From: Mobula hypostoma
Taxonomy: Eukaryota
Assembly (NCBI RefSeq): GCF_963921235.1
Contig: NC_086097.1
Coordinates: forward strand, 120,282,001-120,346,000
DNA: 64,000 nt
Reading direction: 5' to 3'
Both the position numbers and the translations under genes were made by a program. The stretch's first letter is position 1. Each line of letters begins with the position of its first letter. Positions 48,485 to 61,414 of the stretch are shown here, in pieces. The notes beneath the pieces are model-generated. The model did no database searches. It saw only the letters and a list, made by a program, of their open reading frames with translations, and was not told the origin of the DNA.

Positions 48485-50793
48485 TGTTGGAAGGACTTGA
48501 TAGGGTGGAGGTGGAGAGCATGTTTCTTTATGGTGGGGATATCCAGAACTAGCGGGCACAGCCTCAAGATTGAGGGGCGACCATTCAGAATGGTGGTAAG
48601 GAGGAATGTTTTAGCCAGAGAGTAGTAAATCTGTGGAATGTTGTGCCACAGACTGCAGTGGAAACCAAGTCCATGAGTATATTTAAAGTGGAAGTTGATC
48701 GTTTCCTGATTGGTCAGGGCATCAATGGACATGACGAGAAGTCAGGTGTATGGAATTGAGTGGAATCCAAGATCAGCCATGATGGAATGGTGGAGCAGAC
48801 TCGATGGACTGAATGGCCTAATTCTGCTCCTATGTCTTCTGGTCTTATGGTCTCAGCTATTGCTCCCAGGTGAACTCAATGTCTTTTATGCTCACTTTGA
48901 CCAACAGAACATGGAGTCACTTTCATGAAACCCCATGGCCCACTACCACCTTGAGACTTCAGTCTCGAAAGCTGACCTGAGAGTATCCTTCAGGGGAGTG
49001 AATCTATAGAAAGCATTAGGCTCAGGCGGCATATTGTCTGAGTACTGAACACCTAATCAACTGTACTAACCAACTGACTTACAGACATCTTTCAACCTCT
49101 TGCTTTGGCAGTCTGAGGTGCCAACCTGCTTCAAACAGGCTTCAATTATACCTGTGTCCAAGCAGAATGTGGTAACTTGTCATACTGATTACTGTTAAGT
49201 TGCACTTACATCTATTGTGATGAAGTACCCTGAGATATTGTTCATGAAGCATATCAACTCCTTCCTGAGATGTGACCTGGATCCTCTCCAATTTGTCTAC
49301 TGTTACAACCACAGATGTCTTTTCATTGGTTCTTCACTCAACCCTGAATATATGGGCAGTGAAGATGCATGCATCAGGATGCTCTTCATTGACTACAGCT
49401 TAGCATTCAATACTTTCATCCGTTCAAAACTAATCACTAAGCTCCGAGATCTAGGCCTCAGTACCTCTCCATGCAAATGGATCCTTGATTTCCTCATTTG
49501 CAGACCCCATTTAGTACTACTTGGCAACAACATCTCACCCACCATCTCCATCAGCATAGCTGCACCAAAAGGCTGTGTGCTTAGCACCTGCTCTACTTGC
49601 TTTATATCTTTAATTTTGTGGCTGAATACAACTATAATGCCATATTTAAATTTGAAGATGGCACCACCTTTGTTGGCTGAAGCAAATATGGTGACAAATC
49701 AGCTTAAAGGAGGAAGACTGAAAATCTGATTGATTGGGGCCACAACAATGTCCTCTCACTCAATGCCAGCAAAACCAAAGAGCTGATTAATGACTTCAGA
49801 ATGAAGAAGCCGGACATCTGTGGGCAGGTCTTCATTAGAGGATCAGAGGTAGAGAGGTCAGTAACTTCATATTTCTTGGCATTATCATTTCAGAAGATCT
49901 GTGCTGGGACTTGCACATAAGCAGCATCACAAAGAAGGCTTGACAGTGTATCGACTTTTGCAGAAGTTTGCTTAGATTCGACATGTTATCTAAAACTTTT
50001 ATAAACATTTATAGATGCACAATAGAGAGTATCCTGAATGAACAGCCCTGTCCATCATGCACAAAGTCCTTTCCATCACTGAGATTATTTACAAGGAGCA
50101 CTGTCACAGGAAACAGTACCTATCATCAAGGATCCTGCATCATCCGAGTCATGCGCTCTTCTCACTACTACCATCACCAGGAGGTACAAGAGCCTTAGGT
50201 CCCAAACCACCAGGATCAGGTCAGTTATTATCTTACAACCAATAGGCTCCTGAACCATCATGGATGACTTCACTCACCTCAGCTTTGAACTGATTTCACA
50301 ACCTGCAGACTCACTTTCAGGGACTCATTAACTTATGTTCTCAGTGTTATTTTTTATTTGCACAATTTGTCTTCTTTTCCATTTTGATTGTTTGTCTTTC
50401 TTTCTCTATGTATAGTTTTCATAAATTTGATTGTGTTTCTTTATTTTCCTGTAAATGCCTGCAAGAAAATGAATCTCAAGGTAGCATATCATGATGTATA
50501 TGTACTTTGATATCAAATTTACTTTGACTTTGACTTTGACTTTGACTCTGACTTCTCAGGACTATCTTGAACCTTGAGAGCACAGGGGGCTATAATTATC
50601 ACAGAAATAGTTCCACCCAGAGATATCTCTGAAAATTGTTATATTTAGAGCCAAATGTTGTTACATTGGCAATCCATTCCCAAAAATCCTGTTTAAATTA
50701 AAACTATTTAACTGATCCCTGTGGAAAATAAGGGATCAGAAATTGGTACTAAGGTTAGATTCCATAATAAAATTATATTTAAACCTAACATAT

Positions 50794-51066
50794 AGGCATC
50801 CATTAGTCTTGTGAGATCATGGATTTGGGCAAGGTTGTATGGAAGCCGGCAGTTACCCATGCTGCAAGTCTCCCCTCTCCACACCACCAAAGTTGTCCAA
50901 GGGAAGGGCATTAGGACCCATACAGCTTGGCACCAGTGTCATTGCAGAGCAATGTGTGGTTAAGTGCCTTGCTCAAGGACACAATACATTGCCTCAGCCA
51001 AGGTTCGAACTAGCGACCTTCAGATCACTAGACAAACGCCTTTACCACTTGGCCACGCACCAACAC
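50794..51066 (-). mobile_element. tRNA-derived SINE
   Basis: 13-bp TSD aaacctaacatat (50781-50793, 51067-51079); minus head gcgtggccaagtggtaaaggc..agttcgaacc. Confidence 0.88.
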
Positions 51067-51384
51067 AAACCTAACATATCAGAATTAATAAACATATAAA
51101 ACATTTAATTATAAATTACAAATCAAAATTATAAAATTAACATATGCGAAGCTTGAAGAAGGAAGCGGCCATCTGCAACTCCAAAAAGAGCTGACCAGGA
51201 AGGTCAGCTCCTGTGAAGCTAATTATAACATGAAATAAGTTTATCTGAGTCTGACTTAAAGTTGAGACTAATTTCAAGTTGGGCTCAAGGTCTTGATTTT
51301 TTTTCACTAAGTGTTTGCCAATCACGCAGGAATCCCTGGAGAGCCTGAGGAGATTTTGAAGAACAGAGCTTTTGCTTGAGAAGG

Positions 51385-51592
51385 GAAAGGTTTAAATGAG
51401 GTTTATGTGGCAATTTTGTTTCACACAGAGAATGATGGAAGCTGATACAACAATAACATTTAAGGGGCATTTGGATAGGGAGGAAGTGGAGGGATATAGA
51501 TCATGAACTGGAAGATGGAATAAGCTTGGATTGACATCGTGCTCAACATAGATATTACAAACTGAAAGGACTGTTTTCATGCTGTACTGTTT
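51385..51592 (+). mobile_element. Decayed CR1 3' tail
   Basis: tttcacacagaga..catttaaggggcatttggat..gaaaggactgttttcatgctgtactg. Confidence 0.65.
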
Positions 51593-52194
51593 TCTCGCCT
51601 GCTCAGGGTCTCATTTCCTCCTCTTTCTCACTGCTGCTGCTGATGCAGTAACTTATTAAAGTTCTTCACTAGCTTGATCCTGTCGATGGGAATCAATCAC
51701 ATCAGCCAATTCACATTCACAATCTCTTCAAATCTCCCTCCTCCAGCCCTTTCAGCAATTCAGCAATTCAGCAATCCTGCCTCACAGTGTCAGTGACTTG
51801 ATTGCCATTGGTGAGGAAAGTCCCTGTAGTCATGGACAATCTCAGGTTAGAATTTGTCCCAACAAGCATTCAGGGATGAAGGTCTGCCCACTTTCCTGGC
51901 CCCCTGGATTAAACTGATGCAACCTGAGATTCTGTACTGTCTCGAATTTATATCAACCTGAAATTGGCATACTACTATTGTCTTCTCTTCACTCTTTGGG
52001 GTTTTCTGTTATCTGGGCCAAGGTATTGGGATTAATGCTCTTTGGGATACAACATCAAACTTTTTTTTAGTTGCACTTTCAGAAGTATTGAAGTTGAAAA
52101 TGAGTTAACTGTGATTTTGATACTCAATTAACAAACATATGGGAAGCTAAGAATTGTGCGAGTTGATCACTGAACAAAAAGCACATGTGTATAT

Positions 52195-52320
52195 TAATGA
52201 TAGAGAAATGGAGGCTATGTCAATGGGAAGGGTTAGATTGATCTTGGAGTAGGTTAAAAGGTTGGCATGACATCGTGGGCTGAAGGGCCTGTACCGTGCT
52301 GTAACATTCTATTTTCCATC
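52195..52320 (+). mobile_element. CR1 3' tail
   Basis: gggttagattgatctt..gggctgaagggcctgtaccgtgctgtaa; similar to 62990-63098. Confidence 0.7.
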
Positions 52321-53409
52321 TATATGAAGCAGTGTATCCAGTGGACCAACTGTAATTTGAATTCTCAAAAGAGTTTCTTTCATTAATAATAAAGCTACAT
52401 GGGAGGGTGAATGAAAGCGGGTATAAATTGGCATTAGGCTATGTCATAATTTCAGAGCATATATTGCTAGATCATATTTTACTTGAATTTGTCTGAATAA
52501 AAAGAAACAAATTGCAAGATGAGCTTTCAAAAATCACTCAAGTGCAAGGTGGACTTTATTCTCCTAAGCAATCTGTCTCCTAAATAATGCCAGGGCCCTT
52601 GGTTAAGTTCTCAAGTGCAGCATGTTTTGAAGCAGTTCCCAGTAATTTCATTGCCTGCAGATTTTTATCCCTGTCAATGTCTGGACAACTCTTCTCCTGG
52701 GAATACGTCTGAGTATTTCTGCATTTCTAGCATTGGAATCTGCAGAGGCACATTGGGGGAGTAAGCTCTACAATTGTCATCAGGTTTAGATATGGCCCAA
52801 GTGCGGAGTGAGAGGCACGAAGTGGGTCGATATTTCACAGACTTTAATGCGAACAGTCTTAAAGGGAGAGCAATAAACTCTAGGCCAAACAAGAACGTTA
52901 GCTAAAACTCTCAAATGGTGAACAAAGCCTACTCTGCGGCTGAAGAGAACAACTAAGAATAAAACAAATACCGCTGGTCTTCAGAGTCAGTTGACCTGAT
53001 TGTCTGATTTCTCAGGCAAGGCAGAATGCAGGCAGCAAAGTGTTGCTGTGTCCTGTCCAGGTCTCGACAAATACTACGGCAGAATGAATGGAATTAAATA
53101 CTATCACAATGAAGTAATAATTAGCTGACATGTGCATATTCACGAGCAAAATTGCCGTATCTGCTGCGCTGCCAAATCCGTGGTTGTGACAGGGCCCCTC
53201 CCCGGCTTGGACCCCTCTCTAGGCGCAGCCCCTGAGGTGCCACAGACCTGTATCTGCTGGAAGTCCCAGGTGAGGGACTTGCCAAAGATGTCCTTCAGTG
53301 ATGCTGATAGATAGGTGCCATGGTGCACTGCCAATACCAGAGCCAAAGACTCCCATGTACAGACAGAAACAAGAGCTTACACAGAGGTAGCTCGATCAAG
53401 TGACACCGT

Positions 53410-54535
53410 GAGAACCTGGGCCTCTGTTCCTCCCTCTGCAATTGGATCTTCGACTTCCGAACTGGAAGACCACAGTCTGTGTGGATTGGTGATAACATAT
53501 CCTCCTTGCTGACGATCAACACTGGTGCACCTCAGGGGTATGTGCTTAGCCCACTACTTTACTCTCTGTATACACATGACTGTGTGGCTAGGCATAGCTC
53601 AAATACCATCTATAAATTTGTTGACGAGACAACCATTGTTGGTAGAATCTCAGGTGGTGACGAGAGGGCGTACAGAAGTGAGATATACCAACTAGTGGAA
53701 TGGTGCCACAGCAACAACCTGGCACTCAACGTCAGTAAGATGAAAGAGCTGATTGTGGACTTCAGGAAGGGTAAGAGGAAGGAGCACATGCTAATTCTCA
53801 TAGAGGGATCAGAAGTGGAGAGAGTGAGCAGCTTCAAGTTCCTGAGTATCAAGATCTCTGAGGATCTAACCTGGTCCCAACATATTGATGTAGTTGTAAA
53901 GAAGGCAAGACAGCGGATATGATTTATTAGGAGTTTGAAGAAACAAATACACTCAAAAACTTCTATAGTTGTATCGTGGAGAGTATTCTGACAGGCTGCA
54001 TCACTGTCTGGTATGGCGGGGGGGGCGGAAGGGCTACTGCACAGGATTGAAAGAAGGTGCAGAAGGTTGTAAATCTAGTCAGCTCCATCTTGGGCAGTAG
54101 CCTATGAAGTACCCAGGATATCTTTAGGGAGCGGTGTCTGAGAAGGTGGTGTCCATTATTAAGGACCTCTGGCACCTAGGGCGTGCCCTTTTCTCACTGT
54201 TACAATCAGGTAGGAGATACAGAACTCTAAAGGCACACACTCAGCGATTCAGGAACAGCTTCTTCCCCTCTGCCATCTGATTCCTTAATGGACCTTGAAG
54301 CTTTGGAAACTACCTCACTTTTTTAATATACAGTATTTCTGTTTTTGCACATTCTTTTAAATCTATTCAATATACATAATTCATTTACTTGTTTATTTAT
54401 TATTATGTTTTATTTTATTTATTATTATTTTTTTCTCTCTCTGCTAGATTATGTATTGCATTGAACTGCTGCTGCTAAGTTAACAATTTCACATCACATG
54501 CCAATGATAATAACCTGATTCTAGTTCTGATTCTC
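53410..54535 (+). mobile_element. 5'-truncated Rex1/Babar LINE inside the LTR element
   Basis: ORF 53479-53922: [37 protein letters not shown]; tail aataacctgattct. Confidence 0.92.
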
Positions 54536-54835
54536 ATAATGAGGACCCACCGATTGGAGCTAATCGGGCATCTGCTTCACCAATAAAACTAGCACAGAAT
54601 CCCTGAGGCTATCAAAATAAACTTAAAGAGCAAACACCAGGAAACCGTGTTACAAAGTGAGTCGCTCAAGAAAAACACAAGGAACTCTTAAACCATTAAT
54701 AACTGTTAACTAACAGTTAACCAATTCAGGTGATCCAAAAACCTCAGAGCCTGATGCCCTTCACAGGTCTGAGGAAGTCACTACAGGACCTCCCTTCTAT
54801 AGCTGGAACCTGATGACACAGGAAGACCTGAAAAC

Positions 54836-55048
54836 CTGAGAGACCTGGGGAACCTGAGAGAGGGGTCTGGGAGCCCCAACAGACTGAGAAACCTGGGGAA
54901 CCTGAGAGAGGGGTCTGGGAGCCCCAACAGACTGAGAGACCTGGGGAACCTGAGAGAGGGGTCTGGGAGCCCCAACAGACTGAGAGACCTGGGGAACCTG
55001 AGAGAGGGGTCTGGGAGCCCCAACAGACTGAGAGACCTGGGGAACCTG
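54836..55048. repeat. 48-bp minisatellite, about 4.3 near-perfect copies
   Basis: Unit acctggggaacctgagagaggggtctgggagccccaacagactgagag. Confidence 0.95.
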
Positions 55049-55681
55049 GAGTGAGATCAAGAAACCTCGGGCAAGGCTGAGAGGAGAGGAAGGCTTGGGA
55101 GTCCTCGAGATGGGGAGGACATTGAAAAACACTAAACAGATTGAATAAGCCTTGGAAACCTTGAAACCATGAAACTTGAAACCTAGGGAAGGAACCTTCT
55201 CAAGTTTTACTCAGTGTTTTATCTTTCATAATTTTTCCAGAGGCAATTAGGACATACTCTCAATTTTACAGAGCAAGACAGCAGAGACAGGTTTCTTTTG
55301 TCGCTAAGCTAACTAGTTCTCTGTAGATCTGTTTAATTTGTCACACAAAAGTTCAATTTTCCCAGTCTGTACCATGACTTTCATCAAGAGGTTAAAAATA
55401 CTCTTGACAGGGTTAATTTACTTGTGTATTGGCACACTCCAGCCAGGGATCAACTTTTGGAGTAGAGCTCTCCCAGGAGTTACACTATTGACTTGAAAGA
55501 TGATTTGTTGAAATAATTGAAAAGTTTGCTTGAAGCACTCTTTTGTTATGCAAACCTGGGTCATGGGAACACAATGCTGGGAACCTGGGTATTTGTGACT
55601 TGAAAAGCTTGGAATGGATATAGGAGAAACTCAGTGTAGACTAGAGAAGCTTAGTATGTAGACTCGGGACTCCTGGAATGT

Positions 55682-55920
55682 AGAGTGGTGAACCTGTGGA
55701 ATTCTCTGCCACAAGAAACAGTTGAGGCCAGTTCATTGGCTATATTTAAGAGGGAGTTAGATATGGCCCTTGTGGCTATGGGGATCAGCGGGTATGGAGG
55801 GAAGGCTGGGGCGGGGTTCTGAGTTGGATGATCAGCCATGATCATAATAAATGGCGGTGCAGGCTCGAAGGGCTGAATGGCCTACTCCTGCACCTATTTT
55901 CTATGTTTCTATGTTTCTAT
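55682..55920 (+). mobile_element. Young CR1 3' tail inside the LTR element
   Basis: Near-identical to 35200-35437 and to 23188-23430 reversed. Confidence 0.93.
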
Positions 55921-56709
55921 AGTCAGGACATGCACTGAGGATAGAAGGCACGCTCTTCTCAAGCCACCAATGTCAAAATGTCATTGGTCAAACTTTGCTG
56001 GGTCCATTATTTGGCAAGATCCTTCTGTCTTGATGGAGACAGAAACAAGAGTTTCAACAGAATAGGAATTCCAACAGAGCATTGTTGCCTGAACGAATCA
56101 CTCTGACCAATGAATTTCATGGCCAAGGTCAGCTGCCCTCTCTCTCTGCTGGGTCCATTTTTGTGTGGTCGAGACTTGCTGTCACCAGGTTCAGACATGG
56201 CCCAAGTGCGGAGTGACAGACACTGAAGCGGGTCGATAGTTCCCAGACTTTAATGTGAACAGTGTTAAAGGGAAAACAATAAACTCTAGGCCATACAGGA
56301 CCCTTAGCTAAAACTCTCAAATGGTGAACGAAGCCTACACTAGAACAGCTAAGAATAAAACGGATACCGCTAGTCTTCAGAGTCAGTTGACCTGACTGTC
56401 CGATTTCTCAGGCAAGGCAGAATGCAGGCAGCAAAGCTTTGCCGTGTCCTGTCCAAGTCTCAAAAAATACTACGACAGAACGAATGGAGTTAAATACTAT
56501 CACAATAAAGTAATAATTAGCTGACACGTGCATTTCACGAGCGCAATTGCCGTATCTGCTGCGCTGCTGCATCCGTGGTTGTGACAACAATGGGCTGGAC
56601 TCTACTGGGTACAGTAACATTTCTCACTTCCCTGCTCCACCAATACCAAGAAGAATTATCAGTGAGCTATCGTGAGGTAACCATAAGCTTCCAAAGTAAC
56701 CATTAAAAA

Positions 56710-57170
56710 TGTCAAAGTTCAAAGTAAATTTATTAACAAAGTACGTATACACCACTGAGATTCATATTCTTTCAGGCATTCACAGTAGAACAAATAAATT
56801 CTACTGAAACAGAGAAAAACTATACACAAAGACTGTCAAACAATAAAACAGGCCAAACTATGCAAATACAAAAAAAACAATAAATAAATAACACTGAGAA
56901 TGTGAGTTTAAAGGTCCTTGAAAGTGAGCCTGTAGGTTGTGGAATCAGTTCAGAGTTGAGGTGAGTGAAGTTATCCACAGTGGTTCAAGAACCTAATGGT
57001 TGTAATTGGGTTGTGATTGCTCCTGACCCTCGTGGTCTAGGACATAAGGCTCCTGTACCTCCTTCCTGATGGCAGCAGTGAAAAGAGAGCTTGGCCTGTT
57101 TGGTAGGGGTTGTTGATAATAGATGCTGCTTTCTTGTGGCAGTGCTCCTTGTAGATGTGCTTAATGGTGC
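56710..57170 (-). mobile_element. Rex1/Babar 3' fragment
   Basis: tcaaagttcaaagtaaatttatt tail; reverse complement of the 3990-4380 type sequence. Confidence 0.8.
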
Positions 57171-58054
57171 ACGTCTACTTTATTAAAGAATAAAACAAAG
57201 TAAAAATATTCTAAAATATTAAATGTACTTAAAATACATTTACAAACACCAAAATCAAATACCAATAAGGTCAAAAAATAATTTACCCATGTTTTCCTAT
57301 CAAGTACTGACTCCATTCACAAAGACATATGCCAGTCAAGAATCAAGGCTGTTAGAACCTCTTAGCTCACGGAAGCTTCTACCAAATTCAGAGCTGAATC
57401 CAGTAGAGACAGAATGTGTTCCTGAATTTTGCTCTATTGTGTGTACAGGCACGGAAGTTGTGAATGTGCGGATTCAGGCACTACAGTTAATTAGTAAATC
57501 TCCAAAGGCTCTCTGGTTGTTTCCTGTCACAGTTTTCTACATTATGCAGACTGCTCCAATTTCTGCCCTTTGTAATGTCACTTCCCATTCTGGAACACTT
57601 TTGCTTCTCTTTTATTGTAATTGTTTAAGTGGCTGTCATTAACCAAGCTTCCAGATGCACTTTTTCACCTCACTATTTTTTTATGTTCTTCTGTTCTCAC
57701 ATTTCTAATTGGTAAAATCATTTCTAAAAATTGAACTAAGGGTGCAGGAAATATCATCCAAAGAATGGCCAATTATAATGGAATAGTTGCTATATTGATG
57801 AAATTATTAATAAGCCCTTTTTGCCTATTCCTTGATCTTTGCCCTTTGTAATAGCACATTTGGTAAAGTGGTAAATTATTTTCCTATACTCCCCATCTTC
57901 CTAGTGTATTGGTTCTCTTCCCTGGCATTCTCCATTTCCTTATCTAACCTGCTGCATTTAGAGGTGAATTATAAACACTTAGACAATAGAGTGGAGAGCA
58001 TCAAGATGAAGCCCGGCAAAGTCCTGGAATACCAATTAAGCAACCAGTTATGAT

Positions 58055-61000
58055 TGTTCTTGTTAAAAGGCAAACAGCGCAGATAAGACTAACAAATTTT
58101 AAATCGGGATTCTCCTGGCTGTGATGAGTGTGTGCAATCAGGTCACCAACATCACTTCTAGTTCAGGGTGAAGCAACCACATTGCTCACTGGGACCTTAA
58201 GTTCTTTATTATGTACACCCATAACAACACATCTTCTCTCTTTAAAGAAGAAGCAAACACAATAGTATGTCCTCATGAACCTTCAAGAAACAATAATGCT
58301 TTCCAACCCAAATATTTACATTAGCTTCTATTGAAACGTCCCTGATTCACTCATCAACTCTCAATCAGTTTTTGAGGTGGTTTGATGATCCTTTTTGGTC
58401 TGTTATTTGCCTCCACATATTTATTGCTTTCACTTCAACACACACAAAATACTGGAGGAACTCAGCAGGTCAGGCAGCATCTATCGAAAAAAGTACAGTC
58501 AACATTTTGGGCCAAAACCCTTCAGCAGAACTGCAGATAAAAAGCTGAGGAGTAGATTTAAAAGGCAGGGGGAGGGGAGAGAGAACCACTTTTCGCTCTG
58601 CGCAGGGATCTCTCACTACATGACTCCCTTGTCCATTTGTTCCTCCCCACTGATCTCCCTCTTGGCATGTATATGTGCAGGTGAGAACCTCTTTCTCTGT
58701 TTGTGCATAGTTGGCTTTCACACTTGTTAAAGCTCTTGATACATAGGCCACAGATTGCCATGCGCCATCGTGCTGCTGCGGTAGTATCACTGCAAGGTCG
58801 TATCAGGACACAACAGCTGAGATCCTAGTACACTTTTCCTGATCATAAAACTGCAGCATAGATCTTTTTCAACCTCTGGAAACACTCTTCTTGCTTGTGA
58901 GACCATATCCACTCATTTCACTGCTCAGGAAATGACCTAAGTGATACTGACTCTGTAGACAGTTGTGGGATGAACTTAGCTAGGTTAGTTGCCATCCACA
59001 GGAAATTTCTCATCTCCTTTTTGTTTTGGGACCTCTCTTAGTTCTCAATGTCTGACGTCTTTTTTTGGGTCAAGCTTCACTCCAATATGACATCTCCTAT
59101 GAAAGTCAGTGTCTTAACACCAAATTCACATTTCTCTTTACTTAGTTTCAAAGTGACATTCCATGTCATGTCAAACAACTATCTCAGTTGTGCATCATGT
59201 TCTCCCTTGGTACACCCTCAAATAATGATGTCATCCATCATGGTCTCAACACCAGGTATGCCCTCAGTGATCATGTGGATGGTTTTATGGTAGGCTTCTG
59301 GTGCAGTCAGAATCCCATACAGTAGCCAAAGAAAGTTATATCATCCCTGTGGTGAGTAAAAAGTACACAGTCTCAAACTTGTCTCCTCAAGCTTCATCTG
59401 ATGAAAGCCAGATGATGCGTTGAGTTTGCTAAACCACTTGGCACCTGCAAACCGTGACATGACCACTTCCCATGTTGGCGATTTAAAATGTTTTCTCATG
59501 ATAGCTTTATTGAGATTTCTTGGATCTAAACATATCTGCAATGCTGCATTTCTTTTCCACAATGACCAGTGAGCTCAACCAACCTGTCACTTCTTCAATT
59601 TTCTGTATGACATTTATCCATTCCATATCTGCTAGTTCTTGTTTGAGTCTGTCTCTAAGCGCAAACTGAACTTTACTAAATGCCTGAACAACAGGAGCTA
59701 CTGTCTCATTTTGTGTACACCAGGTAAGCACCCGAGCCCCTGAAAGACATCTGTGGACCTTTCTGTAAGTGAAATGTGGTCATCTTTGGTCTGTGAAGAC
59801 ACTACAAAACTCTTCGAAAGGTTGAGCTTTTCACATCCATTAGACCGAATATTGGCTAATTACTCGCTTTTCTGCAATCGGTAGCAGTGTCTTTAGGACC
59901 TACCCTTGTGTTTGAAGTTCTCTATACAGACCGTTTTACTAGAATATTCTCCCCAGTACAGCCTGTCACTCCTAATTTTGAAACAGATTTATCTGGGCTC
60001 CAGTGTCAAGCTTGAATGGAATTACTATCTCATTCACAGTCACTGGAACAAGCTGTTCTGTTTTATCAGCACAAGCAGTCAGCAGAGAATCCATAAAGGC
60101 TTCTTCCATTTCCTCAGCAACAGTGTACACATTTCTCTTAGTAGCCCCACTTTGCAAAATGATTCTTCTTCCCACAATAATGTGCCTACCTCTATATTTG
60201 CTGCATTTACTGATTGAGCCTACCTCTTTTCTATGCGGTTGCTATTGGAAACACCTTGTACTCTGCCCCTCTTTTCACAGTATGTGCTGTGGTTCCTGCT
60301 CTGTGCAGCTCCTTAGCTTGTGCTTGTGTGATCTCTGCTGCCCTACCCTACACATATTCACAGCCTTTTCCAGTGTCAAATCATTTTCATGGAGCAATCA
60401 TTCTCTGAGCCCATTATTTGAAGGTCCACAAATTGTTTTGTCTCTAACTAGTGAGCCACTCAAATCTCCAAGCTCACAGGAATTGCTCAATGTATAAAGC
60501 TCAGCTAAGTATTGGTCAAAGCTAACACCTTGTTTCCTGTCACAGGAAAAAGACTTACATCTTTGAAATGTGATGTTTTTATTTGGGCAAAATACTTGTC
60601 AAATTTTGTCATCAGAGTTTCCAATGTCAAGGCTGTCTCATCAATTTCAAAGCTGTTATAGATGTCTAAAGCATATTCATCAGTTACATGTAGAAAGATA
60701 GATACATTCAATACTTCCTCCACCCTTCCAGTTTTGCTCGCCACTAAATATATATTGAAGTGCTGTTTGAAGCGTTTCTAGTTTTCAGTTAGATTGCCCA
60801 TAAGTTGCCTAGGTGTGGGAGAACTTTGCTGATCCACTGTGGAGTTTTCAGGCTTCTCTCATCTGAACGTCTCTTGCTGAATTTGGTGAACAACGGCAGC
60901 CTCAGGACATAATGTGGACTCTAGCTGGAAGCTTCTCTCCATCAGAAACTAGCACTTCTTTCTTAATCGCTCGCAGTACATTTACTCTTTGTGTTTAGTC

Positions 61001-61191
61001 CTCATGCTTGCTTCTTATTCTTGTTAAAAGACAAAAAGCGTGGGTAAAACTAATATATCTTTAATCAAGACACTCCGGCCAACACAAATGCGTGTGACCG
61101 GGTAGACAATGTCACTTCCCATTCCGGGTGAAGCACCCACATTGCACACTGGGAAATGAAGTTCTTTATTATGTACACACATAATAAAACA
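58055..61191 (-). mobile_element. Old Gypsy (K02A2.6-like) LTR retrotransposon with short LTRs; integrase not seen
   Basis: Diverged LTRs ~58055-58231 and ~61016-61191; gag (ALDIYNSF), protease FKLDTGAQINL, RT (CLDPRNLNKAI, FSKLNASSGFHQ, MMDDII), RNase H (VAYVSRALT..NYAQTEKE). Confidence 0.88.
58436..58680 (-). mobile_element. Rearranged Penelope piece inserted in the Gypsy element
   Basis: aacacacacaaaatactggaggaactcagcagg.. (3' end) joined to an oppositely oriented coding segment at 58590-58680. Confidence 0.75.
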
Positions 61192-61211
61192 CTGCCAATC
61201 TCAGCTGAAAT

Positions 61212-61412
61212 CGGAATCAGAACCAAGTTTAATATCATTGGCTTACATTGTGAAATTTGTTGTTATGTAGCAGCAGTACTATATAATACATAGTAAAAAA
61301 AACTGTGAATTACAGTAAGTGTACATATCTATTAAATATACAGTAAGTATACATACATATATATAAACACAGTATATATATTAAAACATTAAATTAAATA
61401 AGTAGTGCAGAA
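61212..61412 (-). mobile_element. Rex1-type 3' tail
   Basis: Homologous to 14880-15070. Confidence 0.7.
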
Positions 61413-61414
61413 AA

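Larger units (their letters stand above)
44710..48853 (+). mobile_element. Older CR1 LINE (44710-46047, 47736-48142, 48485-48853)
   Basis: ORF 45304-45705 RT motifs; collinear continuation after two insertions; tail ctatgtcttctggtcttatggtct. Confidence 0.88.
44320..50550 (+). mobile_element. Old Rex1/Babar LINE (44320-44710 and 48855-50550) hosting nested CR1s
   Basis: QEPWNNHEIHNLLRAR; DPLQF.Y, RMLFIDYSLAFNT, PKGCVLS; YRCTIESIL; (actttg)n tail. Confidence 0.85.
52775..56586 (-). mobile_element. Non-autonomous Gypsy-type LTR element with both LTRs
   Basis: Direct LTRs 52775-53191 and 56180-56586 (TG..CA); 5-bp TSD acaat (52770-52774, 56587-56591); purine tract next to the 3' LTR; MDPAERE gag stub near 56158. 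Confidence 0.92.

Noticed and set aside
51188..51210. 9-bp perfect hairpin gagctgacc/ggtcagctc
   Set aside because: An isolated short inverted repeat, expected by chance; prokaryotic terminator logic does not apply
54781..55132. Repetitive-protein ORFs
   Set aside because: They are translations of the 48-bp minisatellite with no evidence of a gene
57223..57642. 139-aa ORF in unique sequence
   Set aside because: No recognisable domain or supporting splice structure; the length is compatible with chance
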